From the NCBI GenBank assembly GCA_002269645.1, contig NIVC01000392.1, forward strand, positions 248,001 through 312,000: a stretch of 64,000 bases of DNA. Reading direction: 5' to 3'. A model generated the notes under the pieces. It was given only the letters and a program-made list of their open reading frames with translations. It was not told the origin of the DNA and ran no database searches. Source of the DNA: Macrostomum lignano (taxonomy: Eukaryota). Each line of letters begins with the position of its first letter. The first letter of the stretch is position 1. Both the position numbers and the translations under genes were made by a program. Positions 51,790 through 64,000 of this stretch are shown in pieces.

Positions 51790-54764
51790 TAATGCTTATC
51801 TAGTGTTGTTGTTGCTTCCAGATCCGAGTCCCCTTTTTTACAAGAGCATCGTTTTGAGCCTTGTTGAAACGAAAAGTGTGCTATAAGTAAGTAACTAAAA
51901 AACCAATTGAAAACGTTACCATGACAAGAATCGCTAAAGAGCCATTGCAAACAACTCTCTAGTGACACAAGGACAACTCTTGTGACTTTTTAACGCCTCA
52001 AACGCGTCTAACTCGACGGAGAGGCGACTGTTGCGTCACAAGCGCGTCACGTGAGTTGTAGAATCGTAAAAGAGTCGTCCAAGAATCGTTGTGTTGTCGC
52101 TTAACTTTCGCTAGAGATGAGACTCTGAATCATCAAGCGACGCAAATGCGCTTCTAAACACAACTCAGTTCCTCTTCAGCGACTCTAGCACGCCTCAAAT
52201 ACCACTTTACGGCCCAGAGTCGCTTGCATCGCCCCAGTGTCGTTTCAGAGTTGCAGGAAAATAAAACGTTTCAAAGTGATTGTTGAGCGACTCTTTGACG
52301 ATGACGACTTTTTGGCGGCTTACGAGTAGTACCGTGACATCTCGTCATGTTTAGAATCGCTTCGAGTCACTTCTCTCCAATTTTACCTGTGCCATCTGCA
52401 GCGACTCTGAAATGACTCTGCGGCGAGTAGCGACGCAAGCGACTCTGGGACGCTTTATCCATAGGCAGACGGATGGCCGTTTTCGTCCATTCTGTCTACC
52501 TCCAAGCTAGACGGCATAAAATCAATCTCTATGGGCCAGATTTGTTGGATTTTTTACCACAGCCGTTCCCGACGACTAGAGGCCGAAAACGGCCATATAA
52601 ATATTATGTATAAGGACTACTGACTGCTATATATAACCATATTTATAATCAATAGAATTTCATTCCTTCATCTAGGCGGGAACGGTGGTAGCAGCAACAT
52701 TTATGATCGTAAATTTGAAAACTGTCTATGGCTGTTTTCGGCCTATCCGTCGGGAACGGTTATAAGCGCCTAAAACTGCAGTCAAATAGAGGATTTATGG
52801 CCTGGGTACCGTTTTCATCGGGTTAAAGCAAAATTGTTACGATTTCACTACAACTAACTCACTACGGCTATTTTCATTCAAATCGTGTTTAAAAGACAAA
52901 GAAAAAACCATCCTTAGATTCTGCTTATTCAGTCTTTTGAAACAGTTTTTTAGTTCTATTCAAGTTTTTTTTCGGTTGATTCGGTGATTTAGTTTTAACA
53001 GGAAGAAATTGTTTTTTTGTTTTGATTCGTCTAACCTTGCCTTAAGCAACGACAGGATTTATTTAACTCTAAAATTAAGGGTTATTTATTATACTGTTCC
53101 CATTATTTGCCTGTTCTGACAAATCAAATTTATAGTTAATTCATTATGATTGATTAGGTGATAGTATATTCGCCTAATAGGCAAATTATGTTGTGCTGTT
53201 AGGTTTGAGAATAGAATTAATCTATTTCGCTTTCACATTATCTCAGCGTCCAAATTGACTGTTCATTTTTTACACATTTTATTGCTGCATTGTACATTTT
53301 AATACAAGCGACGATGTATATTGATTTCTGTTTTGAATCTAAAAACGAAACTTGGAACCAAAATCGATGTCCAATACTTATTATTTATATCGTGTATCTG
53401 TGCATAATTTAACCAAGTAAAATGGTTGATGGTTGACTTTATTCCTGAGTCAACTTTGAAGCGAAGAATTCCTTTTTTATATTCCTAATATTGAACACAA
53501 ATTCTGTGAGTGTAAGGGTTGTCTTAATCAAAAAAGTAAGCTTTTAGAAAAGTTTCTTTCTACAATTTACCTCTAATGGTTTAATTACTAGAAATTTTAA
53601 ATACGTTTTGTTAAAACGAGTCCCGAGTTTGTAGAAGCTATATAGTGCCTGCGTAGTTTAGATTAGATCGCAAATGTGCTCCATGAGATTTTATAGCCTA
53701 TCAAAAATCGACAATCGGTTAGCCAGTTTGCAAACAGCTAACCCATAAAAATCGATAATGACCAACCAACCCCCACTCGCAGCACGTCAGAGAAGGGGCA
53801 TCCAGCTAATTATCAGCCATTATGTAGGGTTAACCGCGGAGGGGGGTTAGGTATGAAGATCAAGACCACTTTGGTCCAACCAGAAAACTGATAGCCAACC
53901 CACCCCCCTCCCCTAACGCCTAGCCCGGCAATCCAGCCTTGGTGAAATTTGTCAGGGTTAGCATTGGTACTCGTAAAAGGGAAGCGAAAAAGGGTGAGAC
54001 AAGAAAATCGATAAGCGCCAACCAACCACCCCCTTACGTGCAGCGTGGTCAAAGATGCTCGTAACAGGGTAGGGTGCGAAAGCCAACAAGAAAATCGATA
54101 AACACCAACCACCCCTTGCGTGAAGGGGTGAGATCCTCCCATAAAAAAGGAATTCTAGTTCTAGGCTTTATACGATTTCTAATACTACTCTTATAAGGCT
54201 CAAGGCGTAATATGACAGAGTCTGTTTCAATCTTAACTTAAAAAATTACAATATAAGTTATCTTGATTGCAGTTTGCAACGAAACAGTACTTTTTATTAT
54301 TGCTCTCCACTCTCCAGTGTAGTTCCTTTATGCCCAAGTGATGCTTTTCTTTTCGGGCTTCCGTTGTTTCGAAAGAAACAAGTTCTATAATTTCTACTTT
54401 CACATTATCAATTACCAGGGGTAGTACTATTTCAAGATTTTTCCTCTTAGTTCAAGCCAGGGCTGCAGAAAATATTGTGCCCAGTTACTTGGTATTTTTG
54501 CATTATTGAAATTTTTTATTATACAATAATTATTATGGGATTCATATATTAAACAAGCTGTACTTGCATGTATTTGCACTTCGTTGATTTTTGCCGCTAA
54601 GAAGCATGCCATTCTAGCTACTTATTTTTTTACAATATGCTTGTACAAATATATAAAAAAGCGTATTAAAAGCTATTGAATATTCCTAACTCCTAACCAT
54701 TGTCGACTTTTCATGCAGTTCCTTTCAAACAGATTCGCTTAAGTAATTCAGAGTGCGCCTCCAC

Positions 54765-56305
54765 CTCCAGATCCTTAGTTGCTGGGCCACTTCCCGATCC
54801 TCAGTTGCTGGGCCACTCCAGATCCTCAATTGCTGGGCCACTTCCAGATCCTCAGTTGCTGGGCCACTCCAGATCCTCAATTGCTGGGCCACTTCCAGAT
54901 CCTCAGTTGCTGGGCCACTCCAGATCCTCAATTGCTGGGCCACTTCCAGATCCTCAGTTGCTGGGCCACTCCAGATCCTCAATTGCTGGGCCACTTCCAG
55001 ATCCTCAGTTGCTGGGCCACTTCCAGATCCTCAGTTGCTGGGCCACTTCTCGATCCTCAGTTGCTGGGCCACTCCAGATCCTCAGTTGCTGGGCCACTCC
55101 AGATCCTCAATTGCTGGGCCACTTCCAGATCCTCAGTTGCTGGGCCACTTCCAGATCCTCATTTGCTGGGCCACTTCCCGATCCTCAGTTGCTGGGCCAC
55201 TTTCAGATCCTCAGTTGCTGGGCCACTTCCAGATCCTCAGTTGCTGGGCCACTTCCAGATCCTCAGTTGCTGGGCCACTTCCAGATCCTCAGTTGCTGGG
55301 CCACTTTCAGATCCTCAGTTGCTGGGCCACTTCCAGATCCTCAGTTGCTGGGCCACTTTCAGATCCTCAGTTGCTGGGCCACTTCCAGATCCTCAGTTGC
55401 TGGGCCACTTCCAGATCCTCAGTTGCTGGGCCACTTTCAGATCCTCAGTTGCTGGGCCACTTCCAGATCCTCAGTTGCTGGGCCACTTCCAGATCCTCAG
55501 TTGCTGGGCCACTTCCAGATCCTCAGTTGCTGGGCCACTTCCAGATCCTCAGTTGCTGGGCCACTTCCAGATCCTCAGTTGCTGGGCCACTTCCAGATCC
55601 TCAGTTGCTGGGCCACTTCCAGATCCTCAGTTGCTGGGCCACTTCCAGATCCTCAGTTGCTGGGCCACTTCCAGATCCTCAGTTGCTGGGCCACTTCCAG
55701 ATCCTCAGTTGCTGGGCCACTTCCAGATCCTCAGTTGCTGGGCCACTTCCAGATCCTCAGTTGCTGGGCCACTTCCAGATCCTCAGTTGCTGGGCCAGCC
55801 TCCCAGATCCCCAGTTGCTGGGCCAGCCTCTCAGATCCCCAGTTGCTGGGCCACTTCCAGATCCTCAGTTGCTGGGCCACTTCCAGATCCTCAGTTGCTG
55901 GGCCAGCCTCCCAGATCCCCAGTTGCTGGGCCAGCCTCTCAGATCCCCAGTTGCTGGGCCACTTCCAGATCCTCAGTTGCTGGGCCACTTCCAGATCCTC
56001 AGTTGCTGGGCCACTTCCAGATCCTCAGTTGCTGGGCCAGCCTCCCAGATCCCCAGTTGCTGGGCCAGCCTCTCAGATCCCCAGTTGCTGGGCCACTTCC
56101 AGATCCTCAGTTGCTGGGCCACTTCCAGATCCTCAGTTGCTGGGCCAGCCTCCCAGATCCCCAGTTGCTGGGCCAGCCTCTCAGATCCCCAGTTGCTGGG
56201 CCACTTCTAGATCCTCAGTTGCTGGGCCACTTCCAGATCCTCAGTTGCTGGGCCACTTCCAGATCCTCAGTTGCTGGGCCACTTCCAGATCCTCAGTTGC
56301 TGGGC
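54765..56305 (+). repeat. 26-bp variant (GCTGGGCCACTTCCAGATCCTCAGTT) of the 28-bp family, mixed with 28-bp units
   Basis: Direct reading. Confidence 0.95.
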
Positions 56306-56426
56306 TAACTCTTCAATTCCATAGTGTATCACCAATCGATGATTAGTCGCTATACGTTTATTGCACTGCCAAAATTGCAGCATGAAACGTCCATCAGTTC
56401 CATATTCAAATGGCATCGCCTCCGCT

Positions 56427-59400
56427 ATGCCAGCTGCTAACGCTGGTCATTGGACTTCTGTTGGACAGTGGCCGAATGCTAAGGTTTGTTCTCTTTGATT
56501 TCTTACAGACAAAATAGCCCTAATTTTTTAAGTCTTGCCTTCGCAAATCGGTTCTACGAGTAATTCACATCGTACCTTTGCAGCGTCCCTGCCAATCAGT
56601 TCCATCCGCTGTCGACGCCTATAGACAGAATCTGCTAAGCACAGACTACGATCATCATAATCATTTGCGGCATAGCAACCAACGCGATCAGCATAGCAAC
56701 CAGCCGAGCTATCATGCCAATAGTCTCCATGGCAACCAGTTGGATAGCCAACCCGTTAATCAGTTTGGCTATCACCGTACCAGTCAGCAGCAGCAGCAGC
56801 CAATCGACCAGCATAGCAACAAACGAGTTACCATAGCAACCAGTGAGCCAGAGCTTTCGCCTATTCTCGCATCCGATCTGCACCAGTCGCCAGTTGTTCA
56901 CGTCAGTAATTTGGCGCCCAACACCACCGAAGCCGCCCTGCTGCACAGTCTGTCATCTTTCGGCGTTATTCGCGACATTGTCGTCCTGCCCAGCCGGGCT
57001 ACGGCCTACGTCCAGTTCAACGACATCCTGGCTGCGCAGACTGCAGTGGCGGCTAGTCGCGGCAATCAGCGACCGCCGACGGTGCACGGCCAACGTCTTC
57101 GACTTCAGTACTGCCGACAGCCGGGCATCGATCATGCCGGAGCTCTGGACGGCGGCCGGAGATCCCGGGTCCTCCTGCTGGTGCTCACTGATCTGGCCGC
57201 TGGCGGGCCGCCGGTCACCGCCCAGCTGTTGCGTCAGGCGGCTAGCCAGTTTGGCCGAATCACTCGACTGCTGGTCATGCGCCGGGACCACGTGGCCGAC
57301 ATGTGCGTTCACGTGAGTGTTGATATAATTATGTTTATGTTGCGTTTGGATTGCTTCACTGTGTGCTATAGAGAGTTATTATAACTGTCCCTAATTGATC
57401 CCCAATTGTATAATCCTGCTTACCAAAACTATATCCTGCTCCCAAAACCCCCATATCCTGCTCCCCAAATTCCATATATCCTGCTCTTTAAATCCCCTAT
57501 ATCCTTCTCCCCGAATTTCCTATATCCTGCTCCCCAAATCCCCTATATCCTGCTCCCCAAATCCCCTATATCCTGCTCCCCAAATCCCCTATATCCTGCT
57601 CCCCAAATCCCCTATATCCTGCTCCCCAAATCCCCTATATCCTGCTCCCCAAATCCCCTATATCCTGCTCCCCAAATCCCCTATATCCTGCTCCCCAAAT
57701 CCTCTATATCCTGCTCCCCAAATCCCCTATATCCTGCTCCATAACTTTCCTTTATTCTTCCTCACCTCATTCTTCTTCCTATTTTCATCCATATCATGCA
57801 TGAATAAACAATAACCAGTTAAGAGCAGGAAATATAACTAAAGCCGCTTTGCCACCCTGCCCCCACCCCTGCAGGCCCTTGTCGAATACTCCAGCCAGGA
57901 GGAGGCCACGCGCGCCAAGCGCCACCTTAACGGCGCCCAACTGTTCCAGGAATCGCACCGGATTCGGGCCAGCTATTCCAATCAAACGGAAATTCGCTTC
58001 AGTCCAGGCGTTACTAACGACGCCTGTCACTACAGTGCCGAATTGCTGGAGGCGCCAGATGCCCCCTACAGAGCTTGCCTATTGGACTGGTCGGTTGGCT
58101 TGGTGCCAGCATTTGCCCGATGCGATAGGGCAGTACAAACTGCTGCTGTGAGTTCTTTCTGTTGCACTTTTCCAATATTTGCCTGTGCGCTAATCCTGTA
58201 CGCAGACACGCACTCATACAGATGCTCACACGGGGTGTACAGCGGCCCTTTGACTTCCAATCGTCAGGCATGTGCACTCTCTGTGCCTTGGGGGCTGGCT
58301 CTCATGGCTGTGAATCCACATGAAGACTGTGGCAGGTGGGGAATGAAGACTGTGGCAGTTGGGGAATGAAGACTGTGGCAGTTGGGGAATGAAGACTGTG
58401 GCAGTTGGGGAATGAAGACTGTGGCAGGTGGGGAATGAAGACTGCGGCAGGTGGGGAATGAAGACTGTGGCAGGTGGGGAATGAAGACTGCGGCAGGTGG
58501 GGAATGAAGACTGTGGCAGGTGGGGAATGAAGACTGCGGCAGGTGGGGAATGAAGACTGCGGCAGGTGGGGAATGAAGACTGTGGCAGGTGGGGAATGAA
58601 GACTGCGGCAGGTGGGGAATGAAGACTGTGGCAGGTGGGGAATGAAGACTGTGGCAGGTGGGGAATTAAAACCCTCGAGTCTTGGCTCTCTTTGGTATAA
58701 ATCGCACGGCAGTTCCCTAGGTCAAATTTTCCTTCATAACTCCGTAATGATTGTGGAATCAAACCCGGGATAGTTTCAATTCATCTCTTCTCTATCCCCC
58801 TGTTTTAGGCCGACCTGTATTCAACACTGGCTCCAAACAACGTTGAACCTTCGGCAAGCAGCTTCCAGCTTCATCAGGCTAGCGCTCATCAGACTCCGCA
58901 GCTGCAGCAGCAGTCAGAAGAGCCGCAGCCAAGCACTGGAAGCTGCACCCATCGCTGTCTCCTATTGCGCAACGTGCCTCGCAATCTAGTCAATTGTCAG
59001 CGTTTATTTAACCTTCTCTGTCTCTATGGCAACGTGCTCCGATTGAAATTCCTACGCAACCGTCCGGACACTGTTATGGCCGAGTTCGGCCAGCCAGCGG
59101 ACTGTTCGGCCGCTCTCCGCCATCTGTCTGGTTGTCCGCTGTTCGGTCGGAGATTAACGGCGTTGCCATGCCGACAGGACAGCGTCATCAAGCACCGGAG
59201 CGTGGACACCCTGCCGGACGGCAGCCCGGCCTACGCCGACTACACGGGCAGCAAGAACAACCGGTTCGTGGTGGCCGGCAAGGCCAGACGAAATCGTCTG
59301 TGCTCTCCGTCGGCTACGTTGCACTTTTTTAATCTGCCAAACGGCGTCACGGATGCCAATCTGTCCGATCTGTTTGGCCAGTGCGGCGCCGAGAGGCCCG

Positions 59401-59672
59401 TCCGATTGGTTCGATTCGGCAATAGCGGCGGCGGCGGAGCAAAGTTTGTAGCCGGATTAGCGGAGTTCTCTAGTCGAGATGCAGCTGTTAGAGCCGTGTG
59501 TCTGGCTAATCACCTGCCGGTGCCAACCGCTGCTGCTGAGGAGGAGTCGGCTACCGTCACTGGCAAGGATGCGGAGCAGAAGCTGCAGCAACGCCAGCAG
59601 CAGCATTTGTTGAAGCTGAACTTTAGCGATTCTGCTATTCTATCAGGGACTGCTGGTGGGGCTGCCGCTTGA
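56427..59672 (+). CDS. HNRNPL: hnRNP L/LL (smooth)-like 4-RRM splicing regulator, about 640 aa; exons 56427-56483 (less certain), 56584-57312, 57875-58147, 58809-59672
   Basis: RRM1 SPVVHVSNL...AYVQF, RRM2 SRVLLL...FGRI / ALVEY, RRM3 RLFNLLCLYGNVLRLKFL, linker LPDGSPAYADYTGSKNNRF, RRM4 SPSATLHFFNLP. All introns are phase 0. Confidence 0.88.
57430..57740. repeat. 23-bp minisatellite (CCCCAAATCCCCTATATCCTGCT), hnRNP L-like intron 2
   Basis: Direct reading. Confidence 0.93.
58320..58665. repeat. 23-bp minisatellite (TGAAGACTGYGGCAGGTGGGGAA), hnRNP L-like intron 3
   Basis: Direct reading. Confidence 0.93.
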
Positions 59673-59737
59673 GATCGTTGGGGGCTTTCTATTGTTGCCA
59701 TCTGGCTTTGGAATGAAAAGCAAAACGGGGAAGGTCG

Positions 59738-60075
59738 AGTTGCTGGGCCAGCCTCCCAGATCCTCAGTTGCTGGACCAGCCTCCCAGATCCTCAGTTGCT
59801 GGACCAGCCTCCCAGATCCTCAGTTGCTGGGCCAGCCTCCCAGATCCTCAGTTGCTGGGCCAGCCTCCCAGATCCTCAGTTGCTGGACCAGCCTCCCAGA
59901 TCCTCAGTTGCTGGACCAGCCTCCCAGATCCTCAGTTGCTGGGCCAGCCTCCCAGATCCTCAGTTGCTGGGCCAGCCTCCCAGATCCTCAGTTGCTGGGC
60001 CAGCCTCCCAGATCCTCAGTTGCTGGGCCAGCCTCCCAGATCATCAGTTGCTGGGCCAGCCTCTCAGATCCTCAG
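59738..60075 (+). repeat. 28-bp minisatellite family, just 3' of the hnRNP L-like stop codon
   Basis: Direct reading. Confidence 0.95.
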
Positions 60076-60480
60076 ATTCTGGGGCACCGCCTCATAGATC
60101 AAGAGTAAGTACAGTATGATGTGAGGCACGCAATAAATGCGATTTGTCATGAATCACTGAAGTCAATTTGCAATAGCTAAATTTGCAGTTTCTATTTGGT
60201 CGACAAAGTATTTATTGTCATTGTAAAATAAGATACGTAAAATACTTATAAAACATTTTGTACATAACATGACTTTAAAATCATTTTCGCTTGAAATAAA
60301 CTCGTTAATAAAACATTTACAGCGAAACAAAGTATTAAAGCTGGATATGAGGCCAGTAAAACAATCATTTCGGGTTTTGGACTTGAATATTTCTACCGAT
60401 ATTTATTGAAATTCGTGTTGCTACGTTGCCATTCGGTCAACAATAAATAACAAAGCCTTAAATTCTATGAGTTTCTGAAC

Positions 60481-61100
60481 TATGAGGGGTGTCCCAAAAG
60501 TCGGTGCACTTTCTTCACTACAGCCTTTTCTGACCGATCATATAAAAGTTGAAAAGAGAATTATCTGCCCGTTAAAATGACTTTCTGTTTATTTCTGTAT
60601 CTGTTGGCATTCTTGAGATATGAGCACTTTTCTGCCCCACCCCCTGTGCTACTTTTACAAATTGCCATAGACCAAAGCTTACCTGATGCACGAAGCAACG
60701 AAACATTCAACGAATCAACAAAACAACATCCGCAACATGAAAGCTGAGGAAAGAACATTTAAAAGTTAATCAACATTGTCCTGAGGCTTCTCCAAATAGT
60801 CACCACTGGGTGCGCTGCACACTTCTGCCATCGGCTGTGCATGTCGTCAATGTCTTCAATCAGCAAAATCTGAGCGCGGCATTTCATGAAGGAGAACTTG
60901 GCGAGTCAATGCTTCCAGGCTCCCACGACAAGCAAAGATTTGTCCATGCAGCAGCTTCTTCCTCTTTGGAAAGAAGGCAAAGTCAGCTGTTAACAAATAC
61001 GGAGAGTAGAGTGGCAGAGAGAGCAGCACAAAATTTGCCTGCTCGATCGTCTCGTTTTCTTGGCCATGTGGGACGTGCGTTGTCGACATGCACAGCCGAT
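60481..61100 (-). mobile_element. Mariner relic (3' part)
   Basis: LPLYSPYLLTADFAFFPKRKK.L.GQIF (YSPDL-type motif) and a downstream RWQKC...GDY. The mariner-like end TATGAGGGGTGTCCCAAAAGT lies at 60481. Confidence 0.65.
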
Positions 61101-61366
61101 GACAGAAGTGTGCAGCTTCCTATGTTTCCGAGGGCCGAAATGGCATTAATACGAGGGCTGCGCCCTCTGATTTTCCCATTAACGCCCTTAAAGCATGGGT
61201 ATTAATGTACTAACAGCCGGAAAACAATTGAATTGTTGCCGAGAGGATCACTGCCGAAAACCATAGACAAAAGGGTACAATGAAAAGTGTGCACGTCTGC
61301 ACAAAAGGCTACACTAGCTGAACGATTAGGGATTGAAAGGTTTTTAACTGTTTGAGCCATAGACCA

Positions 61367-61700
61367 TCAAAATAAGGCAACAACTAATGAACAGCGAAAC
61401 AAGTGCATGCCCATTTCCACGCTGTGTACGTGTCTAAAGCACAGAACAGGGTATAGCAACCACCAGCGTCCAACAGACCGCTCACTCGTCGAGGCATTCC
61501 CGAGCAAGGCGCCGCAGAAAGTCTTGTGGAAGCTGTTGCCACGCGACTTAAAGCGCATTGTGCAGCTGGACCATGTTCTGGGGGGATAGAAATTGTTGCA
61601 CCGAATCGTGCGCTTTAGGAAATCCCACGCGTGCTTAATCGGGTTCATATCCGGTGATCTGGACGGCCAACGCAGAGTGCGCCAATCAGTCATTTAGCGG
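61367..61700 (-). mobile_element. Tc1-like transposase C-terminal fragment
   Basis: WPSRSPDMNPIKHAWDFLKR is the Tc1 'WP..SPDLNPIE..W..LKR' motif. Confidence 0.75.
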
Positions 61701-61913
61701 GCTATCGCTGTCACCTGCGTCCAGATGCCTCCAGTATGCTCCTGTACACTCGTTACTGTAAAGCTTTTCCCTGTGACACCAGATATAGGTCTTTACTTTC
61801 CTGCCCTTTTTTGCTCATTTGTCTATGGCCCAAAACCAATTGGCGAAACCATCGATCGTGCTGCCCATTGACCCATGGCGCAAGGGTGGAGACTTTTTAA
61901 TGTCGCTGAGTGT

Positions 61914-62477
<564 letters not shown>

Positions 62478-62808
62478 ACTGCAGGCCTTGAAAAAAAATC
62501 CTACGAATGCTAAGTTCTACGTCCTTAGTTTCTTAGTAGTCTAGTCCCAATCCGCTAGTCAGTCGGTCGGTCTCTTCAGTCGCTCCTGACATGATTACCG
62601 TAGAATGCAGTTGGCACTCGCTCGAACTGAGATTAGCTGCGATGCGCTCGTAAACTTTTGTCTATGGTTAAACATCCGAACAACGTGGACTTTTATATTG
62701 CCAAGTAGAGATTGCCGAGAAAACTATAGAAGCAACGTAATCGTTGAACGAAAAAATTCTTAGTTGTTTTCTCTTGGCAATAAAGAAACATCAGAACATC
62801 CAGTCGGC

Positions 62809-64000
62809 ATGGCGACAAGCAACAATAGCAGCAGCTGCCAACAGGCTTCGCAAGGCCGACCGCAGAGCCATCTGACCGAAATTCGTCAACAGATCAAGCA
62901 CGAAGTTGAGCAGATCAAGGAGGCCAAAACCAAGATGCATGATCGGGTTCGCAGGGTCCGGCACCCGGTGTTTCGCGACTTGAATCCGGTTGACCAGCTG
63001 TTGCCGCCGGCTTGCGAAGATTTCCTAGACAACGGCCTCGTTCTCGACGCGATCGAGACCCATCCGACCGTTGCTTTGCCGGAGTATTTCAGCTTTAACT
63101 CGGCCGAGACGTCAACTTTGTTGTCAATTTTGCTGGACTCAAATCATACCAGGATGACTCGCTTATTGAACCGGGTGCACCTGAGAGCTATGCTCAGGGA
63201 TGACAGGTACTATCAGATCCTGGACGATCCTCAGTTGTACTTCAGGAGCAAGTGCACAGATTTGCCTTGCTTTCACAGTGAGTAGGACTTGCTTATGTTG
63301 CAGCGAGGGATTCAAATACCGTTTGGTTACTGGAGATCAGGGAGAAGGAGGGAGGATCAGGGAGAGGGGAAGAGGATCGGGGAAAGGGGAAGAGGGTCAG
63401 GGAGGGGGAGAGAAAATCGGGGAGAGGGGAAGAGGATCAAAGAAAGGGGAAGAGGATCAGGGAGGGGGAGAGAAAATCGGGGAGAGGGGAAGAGGATCAG
63501 GATAGGGGAAGAGGATCAGGATAGGGGAAGAAGGTCAAGATAGGGGAAGAGGATCAGGGAAAGGGGAAGAGGATCAGGGAAGGGGGTGAGAAAATTGGGG
63601 AGAGGGGAAGAGGATCAGGATAGGGGAAGAGGATCAGGATAGGGGAAGAGGATCAGGATAGGGGAAGAGGATCGGTAGGGGGGAAGAGGATCAGGGAGTT
63701 AAAAGGAGGATCGAAGAGAGGGAATAAAAATGGGAATCAATGAAGAAACTTGACGATGGCAAGGACAGCAAGGTTGCAGCAAGAAGAGACTATGTAGTTG
63801 GGTAGAGTTCCTCACAAACTCCCAAGTCACAACTCCCCAAAATCCCCTGTCAGACCGAGTCGTGCTCTACCTGACCAGCATCGGTGTCCTGATCTACCTG
63901 AAGCAGACAACCGCTCTCAGTCTATTAGTACGCGTGCACTCTAAAGGTGTCCTGCCGCGCACCCCGAAGATGATCAACCGTCGGGAGAACCGACAGCCGA
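62809..64000 (+). CDS. Unidentified protein, 5' part; exons 62809-63277 and 63854 to the window end
   Basis: Open, non-repetitive frame with a phase-1 GTGAGT donor and a compatible CCTGTCAG acceptor; the next exon is open (NRVVLYLTSIGVLIYL...). Family not recognised. Confidence 0.6.
63325..63700. repeat. Purine-rich degenerate minisatellite (GGGGAAGAGGATCAGG), intronic
   Basis: Direct reading. Confidence 0.9.

Noticed and set aside
53740-54130. Degenerate repeats of AAAATCGATAA...CCAACCAACCCC
   Set aside because: Four or five loose copies with no ends or coding signal. This looks like ordinary decayed TE subterminal repeat.
44009-60119. Long ORFs made of [31 protein letters not shown] and similar repeats
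   Set aside because: They are minisatellite read-through inside introns or intergenic DNA. The phase-consistent spliced models exclude them.

Overview
This is eukaryotic animal DNA with GT-AG introns and very dense mini- and microsatellites. The gene set and repeat load resemble a free-living flatworm such as Macrostomum, but that is inference only. I found no prokaryotic genes, rRNA, tRNA or CRISPR array. Host genes, built by hand from phase-consistent splice sites: a GIMAP/AIG1 GTPase ending in a CaaX box (3317-4491, +); a LAP1/LULL1-like type II membrane protein (-, terminal exon 15314-16075, orphan duplicate at 7648-8409); a GT32-like glycosyltransferase lacking the DxD motif (33680-35215, +); ELMO/CED-12 (43084-51789, +, 8 exons); hnRNP L-like (56427-59672, +); and the start of an unidentified gene (62809 onward). 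The region 5.3-25.3 kb is a complex locus. It holds split P-element-like transposase relics, a 3'-truncated but open Gypsy gag-pol with its 5' LTR and PBS, and a (GATA)n tract punctuated by five identical 229-bp units. Inserted in that tract is an apparently intact Penelope-like element (PLE), the strongest candidate for an undescribed system. It has two ORFs (an SGNH-esterase-like ORF1 and an RT/GIY-YIG ORF2) joined by a canonical A_AAA_AAC -1 frameshift site with a downstream stem-loop. It carries paired minimal hammerhead ribozymes, meets the GATA tract through microhomologies, and is flanked by a 1.47-kb direct duplication. Near-identical multi-kb duplications that break inside GATA tracts could partly be assembly artefacts and need long-read confirmation. 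All family assignments are by motif recognition; no searches were run.
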